Counted from the first letter of the stretch, positions 6,577 through 16,839 are shown. The stretch is 33,792 nucleotides of DNA from a virus (IMGVR_UViG_3300020161_003266:1-33792); one strand, 5' to 3'. Numbers and translations are program-made. Notes: generated by a model not told the origin, from the sequence alone.

Positions 6577-7979
6577 GGCATTCCAAAAGGGTTTTTTTCA
6601 GTAAAATCTATAATTGAATCTGCTTCTTCTTCTATATTAATATTATCGGAATACCCATCACTGACTGGGTAAACTCCAACAAGACGAAGTTCATAATATG
6701 CACCAGATTCTTCACCTATAATAGTTTCTCCTGGAATAAAATCCCCATTAATATTGGAAACTTCTAATATATTTGTAGTAGAACTCCAAGATCTAACACG
6801 ACCTGAAGTTTCACTTTGAGATCCAACTATTTTTTCATTAAAAATAAAGCTTCCATAAGACAAGGTTGAAGCTGCCCCTATTCTAATGGTTGGAGGTTCA
6901 GTGTATCCAAGACCTGCATTGGTTATGCGAATTTGCGTTATTGATCCAGCAGTAGAAACAACTGCAGTTGCAGCTGCTGCGACACTTGAAATTCCTGTAA
7001 ATAATATACTTGGTGGTAATATGTATCCTGATCCAGAATCTGTTATATTAATAACTCCAACAATACCGTCACCAATTGTTGCAATAGCAGCAGCCCCATT
7101 TCCCCCTCCACCAATAAATCTCACTCCAGGTGGCGTAGTGTATCCATATCCAGCATTATTAATCTCCACACTTTGAACTGATTGTGCAGATGGGTTAGTG
7201 TTATCATTACAAACTACAATACCACCTATCATTTTTGCAATTACTGCGGCAGTTTTTCCTCCAATCGGAGTGGATGATATGCCTACAGTGGGAGTACTTG
7301 TATATCCACCTCCTCTATTTGTGACTGTAATGTATCTAATTCCACCATTAGCAATTTCTGCAGTTGCAGTTGCTGTAACTCCAACTCCAACCAATGTTAA
7401 TTTTTGTATTATTCCTACAGAAGAAGTATCTTCTGTAGTAGAACCTGTTATATTATCATCAATTTCTTCAATTCCAGTATCAATAAGTTCATCTTCATAT
7501 CTAAAGAGTTCACATCTCAACTCATATGTATAATTTTTTTGTAGTTGATAAAAAGGTCTTTCATGCTCTACGAATTTAATTTCGAATAAACGATCCCCGA
7601 GAGGAAAATAAATTAAATCGCCTTCTTTAGGTCTAGATGCTAATTTAATGTCTGGTATATTTTTTATTAAGGGAAAAATATATGTTTCATATCTTTCTCT
7701 TGAAATTGTAATAGTCAATTCATTTAATGCTTGTACTCCAAACTTGGAAAGTATAGATGAATTATCTGCATATCCTTCATAATTGTTTAAATATGCCTCT
7801 ATTGGGTATGCGTTTTTAAATTCTGATTCTATAACTTCTCTTATTACCTTTTTTTCAGTAATAAATTGTCTAGGCAAATAATAAACTTCAACCCCATACA
7901 TCCTCAATTGTTCATTGATTAGATCTTGGATAAGACCTTGTTCGGATTTTGCACCTTGTAAAAAGAATGGGTTTAGCAT
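6573..7979 (-). CDS. gp14: Neck / head-completion protein (T4 gp14-like) with inserted beta-repeat region
   Basis: MLNPFFLQG..SEQGLIQDLINEQLRMYGVEVYYLPR, RPKEGDLIYFPL, FEIKFVEHERPFYQL, C-terminal DFTEKNPFG. Lies between gp13 and gp15. Confidence 0.92.
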   Translation of the reverse strand: MLNPFFLQGAKSEQGLIQDLINEQLRMYGVEVYYLPRQFITEKKVIREVIESEFKNAYPIEAYLNNYEGYADNSSILSKFGVQALNELTITISRERYETYIFPLIKNIPDIKLASRPKEGDLIYFPLGDRLFEIKFVEHERPFYQLQKNYTYELRCELFRYEDELIDTGIEEIDDNITGSTTEDTSSVGIIQKLTLVGVGVTATATAEIANGGIRYITVTNRGGGYTSTPTVGISSTPIGGKTAAVIAKMIGGIVVCNDNTNPSAQSVQSVEINNAGYGYTTPPGVRFIGGGGNGAAAIATIGDGIVGVINITDSGSGYILPPSILFTGISSVAAAATAVVSTAGSITQIRITNAGLGYTEPPTIRIGAASTLSYGSFIFNEKIVGSQSETSGRVRSWSSTTNILEVSNINGDFIPGETIIGEESGAYYELRLVGVYPVSDGYSDNINIEEEADSIIDFTEKNPFGMP

Positions 7980-7980
7980 T

Positions 7981-8835
7981 TTAACCTATCATGTCTAAAG
8001 GAGGTAATTCATAAGTACTTGACATTTTTTCCATTATAATATCTATTTCTCTTTGGGCATCATCATACATCTGTCTGCCGTTCAATTCTACTCCACCCGG
8101 TAATTTTACTCCAGTAAATTTCATCATATTTTGTCCCCATTGTTTTTTTATTAGGGAAGTTAGATATGGTTTTATGAAAGAATCGTTCCAAATTCTAGAA
8201 TAATCATTGGGATCCAATGTGCTATAGCAATCAATAACAAAATAATGCCCTTTTGATACTGAACTCCAATCTATATCCAAATATAGTCTATCTTGTCTTT
8301 TATTAAAGCGAATTTGTTTATTGGTATTTAAAAGAAAATCTAAATCCTCTAGGTATGTTTTTACCATTGCATAACTAAGTAATTCGGTAGTTCCCCAATA
8401 ATAAACGTCATTTAAAAATAATTGATATTTTACACTAAACATGTTATGAGTAATGGTATTTGCTCCATCGAAAGTAAATATTTTATTTACTCCTATAATA
8501 TTTGGAGGTACTTGTAAATAATTACCATTTTCATAATAAGTAAAAGTTGTAGCAGTTCCAACAATATTTGTTGTTACATTAGTAGTTGTAACGCCAACAT
8601 GCTGAGAATTTTCTTTTGGTCCTAATCCTCTGCCTCTATCAAGATCCTCTTGAGTAACTTTGTACTTATAAAAAGTTGGATAAACGCCATCAAAATGTCT
8701 TTCTTGGAAAAATTGAATCGCATCATCAACTAAATCTTCAATTTGCTCGTCAGCAACATTTATCTCCAAAACTGGCGCTCCCAGTTTTCTTTTACAATAA
8801 TCTATTAGTTCTTGTCTAGTAGATGGTTGCGCCAT
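7981..8835 (-). CDS. gp13: Neck protein (T4 gp13-like)
   Basis: PSTRQELIDYCKRKLGAPVLEINVADEQIEDLVDDAIQFFQERHFDG, KKQWGQNMMKFTGVKLPGGVELNG, C-terminal YELPPLDMIG. SD-like AGAGGA upstream. Confidence 0.93.
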   Translation of the reverse strand: MAQPSTRQELIDYCKRKLGAPVLEINVADEQIEDLVDDAIQFFQERHFDGVYPTFYKYKVTQEDLDRGRGLGPKENSQHVGVTTTNVTTNIVGTATTFTYYENGNYLQVPPNIIGVNKIFTFDGANTITHNMFSVKYQLFLNDVYYWGTTELLSYAMVKTYLEDLDFLLNTNKQIRFNKRQDRLYLDIDWSSVSKGHYFVIDCYSTLDPNDYSRIWNDSFIKPYLTSLIKKQWGQNMMKFTGVKLPGGVELNGRQMYDDAQREIDIIMEKMSSTYELPPLDMIG

Positions 8836-8854
8836 GTATTTTCCTCTATAAAAA

Positions 8855-8862
8855 TATTTATA
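8855..8862 (-). promoter_or_regulatory. Perfect T4 late promoter TATAAATA upstream of gp13
   Basis: + strand tatttata at 8855-8862, 19 nt upstream of ATG 8835, overlapping the stop of the 61-aa ORF. Confidence 0.8.
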
Positions 8863-9043
8863 TTTTATTACTTGGTAGCATCAAAGTAGAAACAACTTCT
8901 TGTTGTTTTAGGTATAGTTTAAAATAACATTTTGCTATATTTTTTAATGAATCAATATCATTAATAGAATCTATCTCATTTGAAAATTTAAAATATTCAA
9001 AACTTTTTGATAGATTCTCAAGATCTACTTCATTTGGATCCAT
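8858..9043 (-). CDS. Small hypothetical protein (61 aa), typical of the position before gp13 in cyanomyoviruses
   Basis: Fills the operon gap and overlaps the upstream ORF by 14 nt. MDPNEVDLENLSKSFEY...KCYFKLYLKQQEV looks helical. Confidence 0.75.
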   Translation of the reverse strand: MDPNEVDLENLSKSFEYFKFSNEIDSINDIDSLKNIAKCYFKLYLKQQEVVSTLMLPSNKI

Positions 9044-9257
9044 TTATTAATCCTCTTAATAGTTGCTTAATTTCATCCAAATCATTTTTTATACCATTAA
9101 CATCAGATTCAAGATTATCAATTTTTTGGTTTTCAGAATTTTTTAAATTCTTTCGGGACAAATATTGATTATATTCTGTCATACTAACATTAACGATTGA
9201 ATTTGTATTTGGATCCCTGAAAAGATCATTTTGTCCCTCTACTTTTAAATAGTTCAT
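9030..9257 (-). CDS. Small hypothetical protein (75 aa) with C-terminal coiled coil
   Basis: KVEGQNDLFRDPNTNSIVN N-terminal motif, heptads IDNLESDVNGIKNDLDEIKQLL. Starts 4 nt after the VrlC-like stop. Confidence 0.8.
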   Translation of the reverse strand: MNYLKVEGQNDLFRDPNTNSIVNVSMTEYNQYLSRKNLKNSENQKIDNLESDVNGIKNDLDEIKQLLRGLINGSK

Positions 9258-9261
9258 AATA

Positions 9262-12200
9262 TTATGCCAATGCTATAACTCTTAAATTTCTAACTCTTGG
9301 TGGATACACTTGATTAGTTGAGGTTAAAACTAGTTTAACCCTATATGATCTGAATGATGGCAATTGATCTGCTGTAAAAGTATACTCTGTAAATTGAATG
9401 TTTCCAGATTCAAACCCAAGAGAAGACGATGGTTGAACGAGAATATCTGACAATCCATTACTATTTTCAAAATTTATAATCTGCTGTTTGTTATCTAGAT
9501 TATTATATCCAGGGAAAGGAGTAAATATTGGAGTAAAGTTTTGAGATTCTCCTATTGCATAGAATGCTCTCACATCACAGTAGATGTTAATATGAGCATC
9601 TAAAATAATTTTAATTGCTGAAGATGGATTTTCTAAAACAATTTCCTTAGAAATATATTGGAAAGATGAAGGATCTGTTCCTATAGTATTGACTCTATTA
9701 TCTGTTGCATAATCAGAGATTGCTTTATTGACTCTGTTTGAAGTGAAAGTAGCAGTCATTCTTTGGGTATCAACTACTGGAGAAACTAAAGTATCTGCTG
9801 TTGATAAAGTAAGTCTAAGATTTAATGACTTATTACCAGGCAAATCCCCTAAGAATTCTAATTCGTTTATCCTAGATGCAACTATCCTTGGACTATCAAA
9901 ATAGTGTGCTTTATTTAATGCGATGGTCTCAAATCCTTTATCAACAAATCCAATTTCATTTCCACTGATACTAGAACCACTAATTGTTCTAATTTCGGCA
10001 GATAGATTGGTTCCTTGAACAGTGGTATTTTGTATATTTGGTGTTATTATTTCAAAAGGTATGTTCTGAGATGCTTTAGCATTAAATCCACCAACAGACT
10101 TTGTAGTGTTAATATAAAGTTTTGGAAATCCTACTCCACTTGACCTATCGGTCCCATCTATATCATTTTTAATTTTAATTGCATATGAATCAAAAGATAT
10201 TGGATCTGATACTGTAGAATCTCCCAAATAATGCGATTTATTGATTCTAAGTAGAGATACTCCTCCAAGTTCATATTTGTAAACAGGTGTTCCCGTTATG
10301 TATCCAAGTCTTACTTGAAGAAGTCCTCCATTGAAATCTGATGGATCAATGAGACCAATACTAGCAATATCATTTAAGGAATTTGCAGAAACTGAAGTGT
10401 ATTCAAACAATTCATTTCCAATTAATGCATAACCTGGATTTGTGGTTCCCACTCCAACATTTTCAAAAGTACTAAAATCTGCTGTATTATCAACTAATAA
10501 AGACCCACTGGAATCAAAATTCCAATCTGAAGATAATTTAGTTGGTAAAATATCACTCTGTACACCAGAAAGTTTGGCATAGTTGTTTTCAAAATACATT
10601 CCATGATTTCTATGATTTACAACAATATGTAAACCGTCACTTTCAACATTAATTTCTGAAATTTGTACATTTCCACCAGAGGATGAATTTAGGGTAGTTG
10701 TTATTCCAGGATTTTTTTCAAACATTATAGTATTTCCAACTCCAGAAATCGCAAATTCTCCCTGTACATTATCTAATATTAGTTCATTTGTACTTGCGAT
10801 TGATACGAGAGAAAATACTGCATTTCTACCCAAGGAAACACTTCCGAGAGTTGTAATACCTAAAACGTCACCAACTTGGTATCCATTTCCACCAAAAAAC
10901 TCTGATATTGTTGCGGCTATTGCTACTCCGTTACTAATAGTAATATTAGCCTTTGCATCTCTACCACTACCTGTTATTGAAACTAAATCAACACCCGAAT
11001 ATGTTGCAGATCCTGATGATGGTGTATAACCTATTCCGGAGTTAATAACTTGTAAAGATCCTGTCGCAATACCAGCATTTCCTACATAATTTCCAGTTCC
11101 GTCTACCCCTTGTTGAGAGACTGTATTTCCAAATTTCAAATCATTATCTGATAATGGTGCAGATAATGCAATTCTAATTTTTCTAGATTGTAATGACAAA
11201 GAATTTGGCATTAGTGTTGGAATTTGTGAGTTTCCTTTACTTAACTCTGGAGTGTAAAATTCTACAGTACCATTTCTTACAAAATCTGCCCTGTAAAGAG
11301 TAAATTTAAGGTCTTCCCATCCACTTGGTTCCCAAGTAGATGCGTTTTGAGATTTAAATAAAGATCCAAGAGTTGGTTGAGTTGAAACGGCAGATTGAGT
11401 TAAAATATCTACTTCACCGACTCCAACTCTAGATATGAATACATTATATTTTGAAGATGTGGAACCAACAACAATCGCATATTCATTATTACCTTCTAAG
11501 TAAACTGGAGCTTTAAATGTAAATTTAGTTGCAATACTGCCATCATTTGAAACGTTAACTTGGTCTGGATCTAAAAATACTTCAGAAAAAGGTAATACTG
11601 ATCTAGTAGGAGTACCTCCCTGCATAGTTCTAATTTGAACAAAAACAGGAATTTCGCCATCATCGCGGGTTTTAAAGAAAATATCGCAACTTGTTAAAAA
11701 TACACCAGATGACTCTTTTACTAAGAAAGATTGTGCAAGAGGATCCCACCAATAACATCTCCAACCATAATTAGTTGTTTGGGAAAGAGTTTGGGTATTG
11801 ACTAATTGTGGTCCGGTTGTCCGAGAAACATTTTCCTGTTGTATCTCTTGTTTTTGCTCAATTCTTCCATTTCTGGTAGAAATAATATTTTCCTGAACTG
11901 TTTCTAAGGTTCCACTAGAAATAAACTTCTCTTGACCAATTGTTGTTGCAAGGCTAGAATCATTTAGATTATTGTTAATTAAAGTGAATATTTTGGATCC
12001 ACTTTCAAATCTAGGATTTGTTGAAATATTTGGATTTGGTAGATAAAAAGTACCTATTAATGATGTATATACATCTGAAATAAGCCTCACATTTGTAATA
12101 GTCGCTCTAGCACCACTAGTTTTTCCTACCAGAATCATTCCAGATTCTATCCACCCACTATATTGTCCTTGATATTGTGCCGCTAATGAAAAAGTGTCAA

Positions 12201-15200
12201 CGTTTATAATTGTTGATGTTGATGAATATGTTTGTGGAAGTGTCTGACTTGTGTATGGGTTTAGTGGATATACTGTAGAAGGTGAATTGTATTGACCTTC
12301 TTTGTGATTTGATTGCGCAACTCTAAAAGTTATTGATGGGGATATATTAATAGAATTTGTAATAATTGATCCAGGATTGTCTGATATTACATCCTCTCCT
12401 ACTTGGAATACTCCACTTATCATTTGAATTTCAATAAGTTTTGGTACACAATACTTTGTAACATCTATACCATCAAAAAATGCATATACTTGAGTAAGTG
12501 GTTTTAAATTTTTGGATATAAATTGAATATTTCTAGATCTCATATATTGTATGAGATCTCTACTTACAACTTTATCTCCTATTGATTCCCTATCAAATTG
12601 TTCTGTAACAAAGGTAGTAGTACCTGTTCTGTTTTTTACTCCAGTTTCTTTAATTTCCCTATATGTATCTTGAGTCACTGTTGTTGTTGAAGCCCAACCT
12701 CGCCCATAATATCCATACCACCCATAATAACCATAATATCCCCAGTACCAATAATGTCCATAATATCCATATGGCCATCCATACCAATATCCATAGTGAT
12801 TGTAATTGGTAGTAGTTTGAGAACTAACATTGGCAGTTTCAATTACTTCTTTTCCTGTCCATGTGGTTTCCCATGCACCCCAAACAGTTGGGGAATATCC
12901 AGTTTGAGGATCTACATTAAATTGTTCTGCTGCAAGTGCTAATGTTTGAGCATAATTGCCTTGAGCATTAATTACTTTTGCATCCAAACGAACTGTATCT
13001 ACCCATGTATCTGATGCTGGTGTCAATTCAACAACAGCTTGCCAGAAGTTAATTACAAATGGAGTTACATTTTCTGTTCTAGTTGCAAATCTTTGTTTCG
13101 TATATTCAATTTCTGAATAATCTAAAGTTATGACATCTCCATTTTTTACGACATTAAATCCTTCAGGTTGCTCTATTGAATAATCTAAAAATGGATCAAC
13201 TCCAACAACTGGTCCTTGTATTAGATCTATTGCAGTCGTATAATGTTTTGGTCTTAATTCTTTATTTTTTATATCAATACTATTTTCGTATGGAATCCCA
13301 CTTTCTTGTGACTGCAAAGAGCTAAAATTATCAACAAAAAATCCTGATTTAAATCTATCTAAACCATCAGAATCTGCAACAAATAAGTTTGCTGTGCTTG
13401 TTTCTAGCATTGATAGTGCAGTATAATACTCAAGATTTTTAATACGATTTTCAAGTTGTTTGATATCAACCATTCTATAACGTTTATGCTCAAGGAATTG
13501 AATTCCAGATTGAGATACTTCAAATAGATATGGAGATAAAGTTATCGTAGCAATTTCTAAAGCATCATCTATAGATATTGGTTTTTCTGGTTTTTCTGAC
13601 GGAACACCATATTGCACTTGGAATGTTCCATCGTTTCTAACAAAAACTCTATCAATTCTTCCAAGATAATACGAAAATGTAGTTACTATTGATTCATTTG
13701 AAGCTAAAATATTTTTAGCAGAATTGCCATTAGCATCAAAAGATCTTCCATAAAATTCCAACGGAGATCTTGAATTTTCAGAAAGAGAATAATTAGAAAC
13801 TCTTGGTCTAATATCAATAATATCGCAAGTTCTTATTGAATTTATTGTTTGAATATCTTTTTTGTAATCAAATCCATTATATGATTCTACAGTTGTTATA
13901 TCTCCATTATCAGACCCTTGATAATAACCACTAGAATAATAAATTTTTACTTTTTTACTTGGTGGTGATGCGGTTGAAATTCTTGTTATAAACGAGTGTC
14001 CGTAATATGTTCCTCTTTGTCCGTTATCGAACTTGAAGTTAGAAGAAATATTTGTGCTTGGTATATCTAAAGTGGTTATTGTTGCCTGTATCTTTGATTC
14101 TCTGAATAAAATTGGTTCTCCTTGTTTAAAGTTGTTTTCATTTTGGGGAATAAAGGATATTTGAGAATCAGTTAGTCTTTCCGCATATATTCCTATGGCG
14201 CCGCTTATTTGTCCAACGAATTCTTCACCAACAATCAAATCTGTAGTTTTAGTTGTGGGTCCAGTAATAGATGATAAAACTACAGTTGGTGCTGAGGGAA
14301 CATCGGTATTTTTTGATTCATAAACTGAATATACATTAATAATATCCGGAAGGTTCAATGAAATAGTTTCATCTTGAACTCTTGTTCCATATGGATAATT
14401 TCCATAAATCAAACCATCATTTAAAGTAGTTGCTCCTACACCGGACGAGTTATATTTTGAACGATCTACTACCAAAGTATTCATTCTATTTTTTAACTTT
14501 ACTTTTGACTTTGGTTTTGATTTTTTCAATGTAGTAATTAAAGTTGCTGAATCATTCGCACCCAAATTATAAATTTGAAGTTGAGATGATCCATTTGTAA
14601 AATCAAATTTATCCTCTGTCAGAATCTCTGCTGATCCATCTGATCTTAATAAAGAATATCTTTCCTCATCAAAAGGCAAAAATATTTCATTTTCTTCAGC
14701 ATTTATAGGTGAAGATAATTGCCCACCAGATATAGTGACACTATAAGACTTTCTGATGGTCAAAGAAGTGTCATTTAAAGTAATAGACGCTACATTTGGT
14801 CTAGGTAAAGTAGTAAATAAAGTATCATCAGTTGATTTTGATACTTTTGTTGCTAGAATTTTAAGATCTACTGCGTTAAGAGTACTATTTGGAAGTTTTC
14901 CTTCGTTAATCCCAATAACAGTGGTAACTCCAGTAACAGTAATATTTGTTTTTCCAACACTAACTACGCTAGCATAAACCGGATTATTCGAAACAAAATT
15001 GCTAAATTTAATTAAATTTCCTGGTTTAACTATGTTTCCGGGAAAATTTGAATTTGTACTATTAATAGTAGAAATTCCAATATTATTTACCGCACTAATA
15101 GTAGCGAGTCCGACATTATATGCTTCGGACTGAATAGTGTTTGCATTAAATGTTTTTGCACTTCCAACAATACCATATATGGATTTTACATCACTTAGAC

Positions 15201-16833
15201 CATATGATGTTATAGCTATTCCAATTCTTGTATTACTTATCCCATCAAAATTAAAAGATTCATTTGCTATAAAATTGCCATTTTGCTGATAAATTGTAAA
15301 AGATGTGCTATTAGTTACAGAATCTTTTAAAAATCCTGTGGCACCACTATTTTTTCCTTGTATATAAGTTGGTACTGTTAGAGTAATTGGTTGATTTAAT
15401 GTTACTTCAGTTACTGTTTGTACATCAAATAAAGATATTGCCCATTGATTAAGATTATTGTTTGCTAAATCATATGCACCAGATTCAAGTTTAAAATCAT
15501 AAACCCTAGCAACACCAATTTCCTTTCCTGTTGATGTGGTTGATGCAAAACCTATTCTGGCATCCCTCAAACTTACTGTATAAGTATTTCCTAGACCAAC
15601 TACTGGAGATCCATAAACCCTATCTAGTAAAAATGTAGATCCAGTATTATAATTAATCCCAATATTCTCTAATGTTTTTGTAGTCCTTGGTTTTGGAACA
15701 TCTAAAAAAGTATTAGAAATAGTTTCTACTTCATATCCTTTGACAAAAGCTTTGCCGGGAGATATCTGATAAATTGCTAAATCTTCAGAAGGAATTGATC
15801 CTCCATAAGTAAATTGTCCTTCTTTGAAAATTCCTCTGTTACCTAAATTATCATTTAAAGACTCTTTAACACTTACATCAAATGGAGTTACATAATAATC
15901 ACCAGATTCTGCATATGTTCTTCTTGCAAGTTCATCTGCTATAATACTATATTCTTTAGTAGTTCTATTAGTTTTTATTACGCCATTTTCAACAACTGCT
16001 AATTCTATAAAATTATTATCATTAAAATCGGTTAAATTTTTCTTAAATAAAGACGTAGTAATTTTTAGTCTATCTGCCCCAGGAGAAGCATAGTTGTTAA
16101 ATCCCTGAGAGTTGTCGTTTAAACTTTCATCTATATCAGAATTAACAATTTCTTCATTTATGAATAAACCAACTCTATAGTTTGGAGAGCTTGAATATTG
16201 ATCCAGTATCAGAGTCTCTGTATTTACATTTACAAATTGACCTCTAATAAAATACACACCTTCACTAATAGAAAATGCAGATCCTGACGAAGTAGATTCA
16301 TTAGAAATTGTTACTGCAAATGGTGATCCAGAAGAAATAAACTGGTTACCCAGTAATCCAGAAGTTATTGTAATGGATGTTAATAAATTTTCTCCATCAA
16401 AAAAATGTGTACTGGAATTATTTTGAATGCTCGAACTTATATAATTTACATACAGAGTAGTGTTTCCAGTTTCAGAATCTGTTGATAAAAGTACTTTTTC
16501 AACAATTGCAGTAATTCCAGAAGTTTCGCCAGTTATTTTTGTTCCAACTAATTGTGAAATATAAGCTTCTACTGGAACTCCCAAATAAGTTGAATTGAGT
16601 TTTACTGCATAGAAAAATTGATTATATGAAATATTTCCTGGAATTACTTTAGCACCTTCTTTAAAAAAATGCTGACCAAATTTTTCTATTTGATTTTGTA
16701 ATGATGACTGTAAAGTTGTTAATTCTCTGGCTTGGACAGGATATCCTGGTTTAAAAAGAACCCTATAATAATCACTTTTCGGATCAAAATCATCAAAATA
16801 TGGAGAGACATTTAGATTTGTTTCTTGTGACAT
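9262..16833 (-). CDS. Large virion structural protein, VrlC/DUF4815-like (2523 aa)
   Basis: N-terminus NLNVSPYFDDFD...YYRVLFKPGYPVQARELTTLQS.LQNQIEKFGQHFFKEGA; also ARRTYAESGDY, RYRMVDIKQLENRIKNLEYYTALS, RFKSGFFVDNF, DPLAQSF, SLFKSQNASTW. Sits after gp8 as in cyanomyoviruses. Confidence 0.85.
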   Translation of the reverse strand: MSQETNLNVSPYFDDFDPKSDYYRVLFKPGYPVQARELTTLQSSLQNQIEKFGQHFFKEGAKVIPGNISYNQFFYAVKLNSTYLGVPVEAYISQLVGTKITGETSGITAIVEKVLLSTDSETGNTTLYVNYISSSIQNNSSTHFFDGENLLTSITITSGLLGNQFISSGSPFAVTISNESTSSGSAFSISEGVYFIRGQFVNVNTETLILDQYSSSPNYRVGLFINEEIVNSDIDESLNDNSQGFNNYASPGADRLKITTSLFKKNLTDFNDNNFIELAVVENGVIKTNRTTKEYSIIADELARRTYAESGDYYVTPFDVSVKESLNDNLGNRGIFKEGQFTYGGSIPSEDLAIYQISPGKAFVKGYEVETISNTFLDVPKPRTTKTLENIGINYNTGSTFLLDRVYGSPVVGLGNTYTVSLRDARIGFASTTSTGKEIGVARVYDFKLESGAYDLANNNLNQWAISLFDVQTVTEVTLNQPITLTVPTYIQGKNSGATGFLKDSVTNSTSFTIYQQNGNFIANESFNFDGISNTRIGIAITSYGLSDVKSIYGIVGSAKTFNANTIQSEAYNVGLATISAVNNIGISTINSTNSNFPGNIVKPGNLIKFSNFVSNNPVYASVVSVGKTNITVTGVTTVIGINEGKLPNSTLNAVDLKILATKVSKSTDDTLFTTLPRPNVASITLNDTSLTIRKSYSVTISGGQLSSPINAEENEIFLPFDEERYSLLRSDGSAEILTEDKFDFTNGSSQLQIYNLGANDSATLITTLKKSKPKSKVKLKNRMNTLVVDRSKYNSSGVGATTLNDGLIYGNYPYGTRVQDETISLNLPDIINVYSVYESKNTDVPSAPTVVLSSITGPTTKTTDLIVGEEFVGQISGAIGIYAERLTDSQISFIPQNENNFKQGEPILFRESKIQATITTLDIPSTNISSNFKFDNGQRGTYYGHSFITRISTASPPSKKVKIYYSSGYYQGSDNGDITTVESYNGFDYKKDIQTINSIRTCDIIDIRPRVSNYSLSENSRSPLEFYGRSFDANGNSAKNILASNESIVTTFSYYLGRIDRVFVRNDGTFQVQYGVPSEKPEKPISIDDALEIATITLSPYLFEVSQSGIQFLEHKRYRMVDIKQLENRIKNLEYYTALSMLETSTANLFVADSDGLDRFKSGFFVDNFSSLQSQESGIPYENSIDIKNKELRPKHYTTAIDLIQGPVVGVDPFLDYSIEQPEGFNVVKNGDVITLDYSEIEYTKQRFATRTENVTPFVINFWQAVVELTPASDTWVDTVRLDAKVINAQGNYAQTLALAAEQFNVDPQTGYSPTVWGAWETTWTGKEVIETANVSSQTTTNYNHYGYWYGWPYGYYGHYWYWGYYGYYGWYGYYGRGWASTTTVTQDTYREIKETGVKNRTGTTTFVTEQFDRESIGDKVVSRDLIQYMRSRNIQFISKNLKPLTQVYAFFDGIDVTKYCVPKLIEIQMISGVFQVGEDVISDNPGSIITNSINISPSITFRVAQSNHKEGQYNSPSTVYPLNPYTSQTLPQTYSSTSTIINVDTFSLAAQYQGQYSGWIESGMILVGKTSGARATITNVRLISDVYTSLIGTFYLPNPNISTNPRFESGSKIFTLINNNLNDSSLATTIGQEKFISSGTLETVQENIISTRNGRIEQKQEIQQENVSRTTGPQLVNTQTLSQTTNYGWRCYWWDPLAQSFLVKESSGVFLTSCDIFFKTRDDGEIPVFVQIRTMQGGTPTRSVLPFSEVFLDPDQVNVSNDGSIATKFTFKAPVYLEGNNEYAIVVGSTSSKYNVFISRVGVGEVDILTQSAVSTQPTLGSLFKSQNASTWEPSGWEDLKFTLYRADFVRNGTVEFYTPELSKGNSQIPTLMPNSLSLQSRKIRIALSAPLSDNDLKFGNTVSQQGVDGTGNYVGNAGIATGSLQVINSGIGYTPSSGSATYSGVDLVSITGSGRDAKANITISNGVAIAATISEFFGGNGYQVGDVLGITTLGSVSLGRNAVFSLVSIASTNELILDNVQGEFAISGVGNTIMFEKNPGITTTLNSSSGGNVQISEINVESDGLHIVVNHRNHGMYFENNYAKLSGVQSDILPTKLSSDWNFDSSGSLLVDNTADFSTFENVGVGTTNPGYALIGNELFEYTSVSANSLNDIASIGLIDPSDFNGGLLQVRLGYITGTPVYKYELGGVSLLRINKSHYLGDSTVSDPISFDSYAIKIKNDIDGTDRSSGVGFPKLYINTTKSVGGFNAKASQNIPFEIITPNIQNTTVQGTNLSAEIRTISGSSISGNEIGFVDKGFETIALNKAHYFDSPRIVASRINELEFLGDLPGNKSLNLRLTLSTADTLVSPVVDTQRMTATFTSNRVNKAISDYATDNRVNTIGTDPSSFQYISKEIVLENPSSAIKIILDAHINIYCDVRAFYAIGESQNFTPIFTPFPGYNNLDNKQQIINFENSNGLSDILVQPSSSLGFESGNIQFTEYTFTADQLPSFRSYRVKLVLTSTNQVYPPRVRNLRVIALA
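12694..12804 (-). repeat. Tyr/Gly/Trp low-complexity tract (37 aa) built from TATGGATAT-like units
   Basis: YNHYGYWYGWPYGYYGHYWYWGYYGYYGWYGYYGRGW: 16 Tyr, 10 Gly, 6 Trp. Confidence 0.92.
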
Positions 16834-16839
16834 AATTCT

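Noticed and set aside
6539-6586. ORF-track N-terminal extension of gp15 (MECHKYYLLGKLTFKA)
   Set aside because: It overlaps gp14 and starts upstream of the late promoter. The family-typical start is MFEYFY at 6538.
12694-12804. Tyr/Gly/Trp tract as a diversity-generating retroelement variable region
   Set aside because: No template repeat or reverse transcriptase is in the window, the tract is mid-protein, and its TATGGATAT periodicity fits slippage better.
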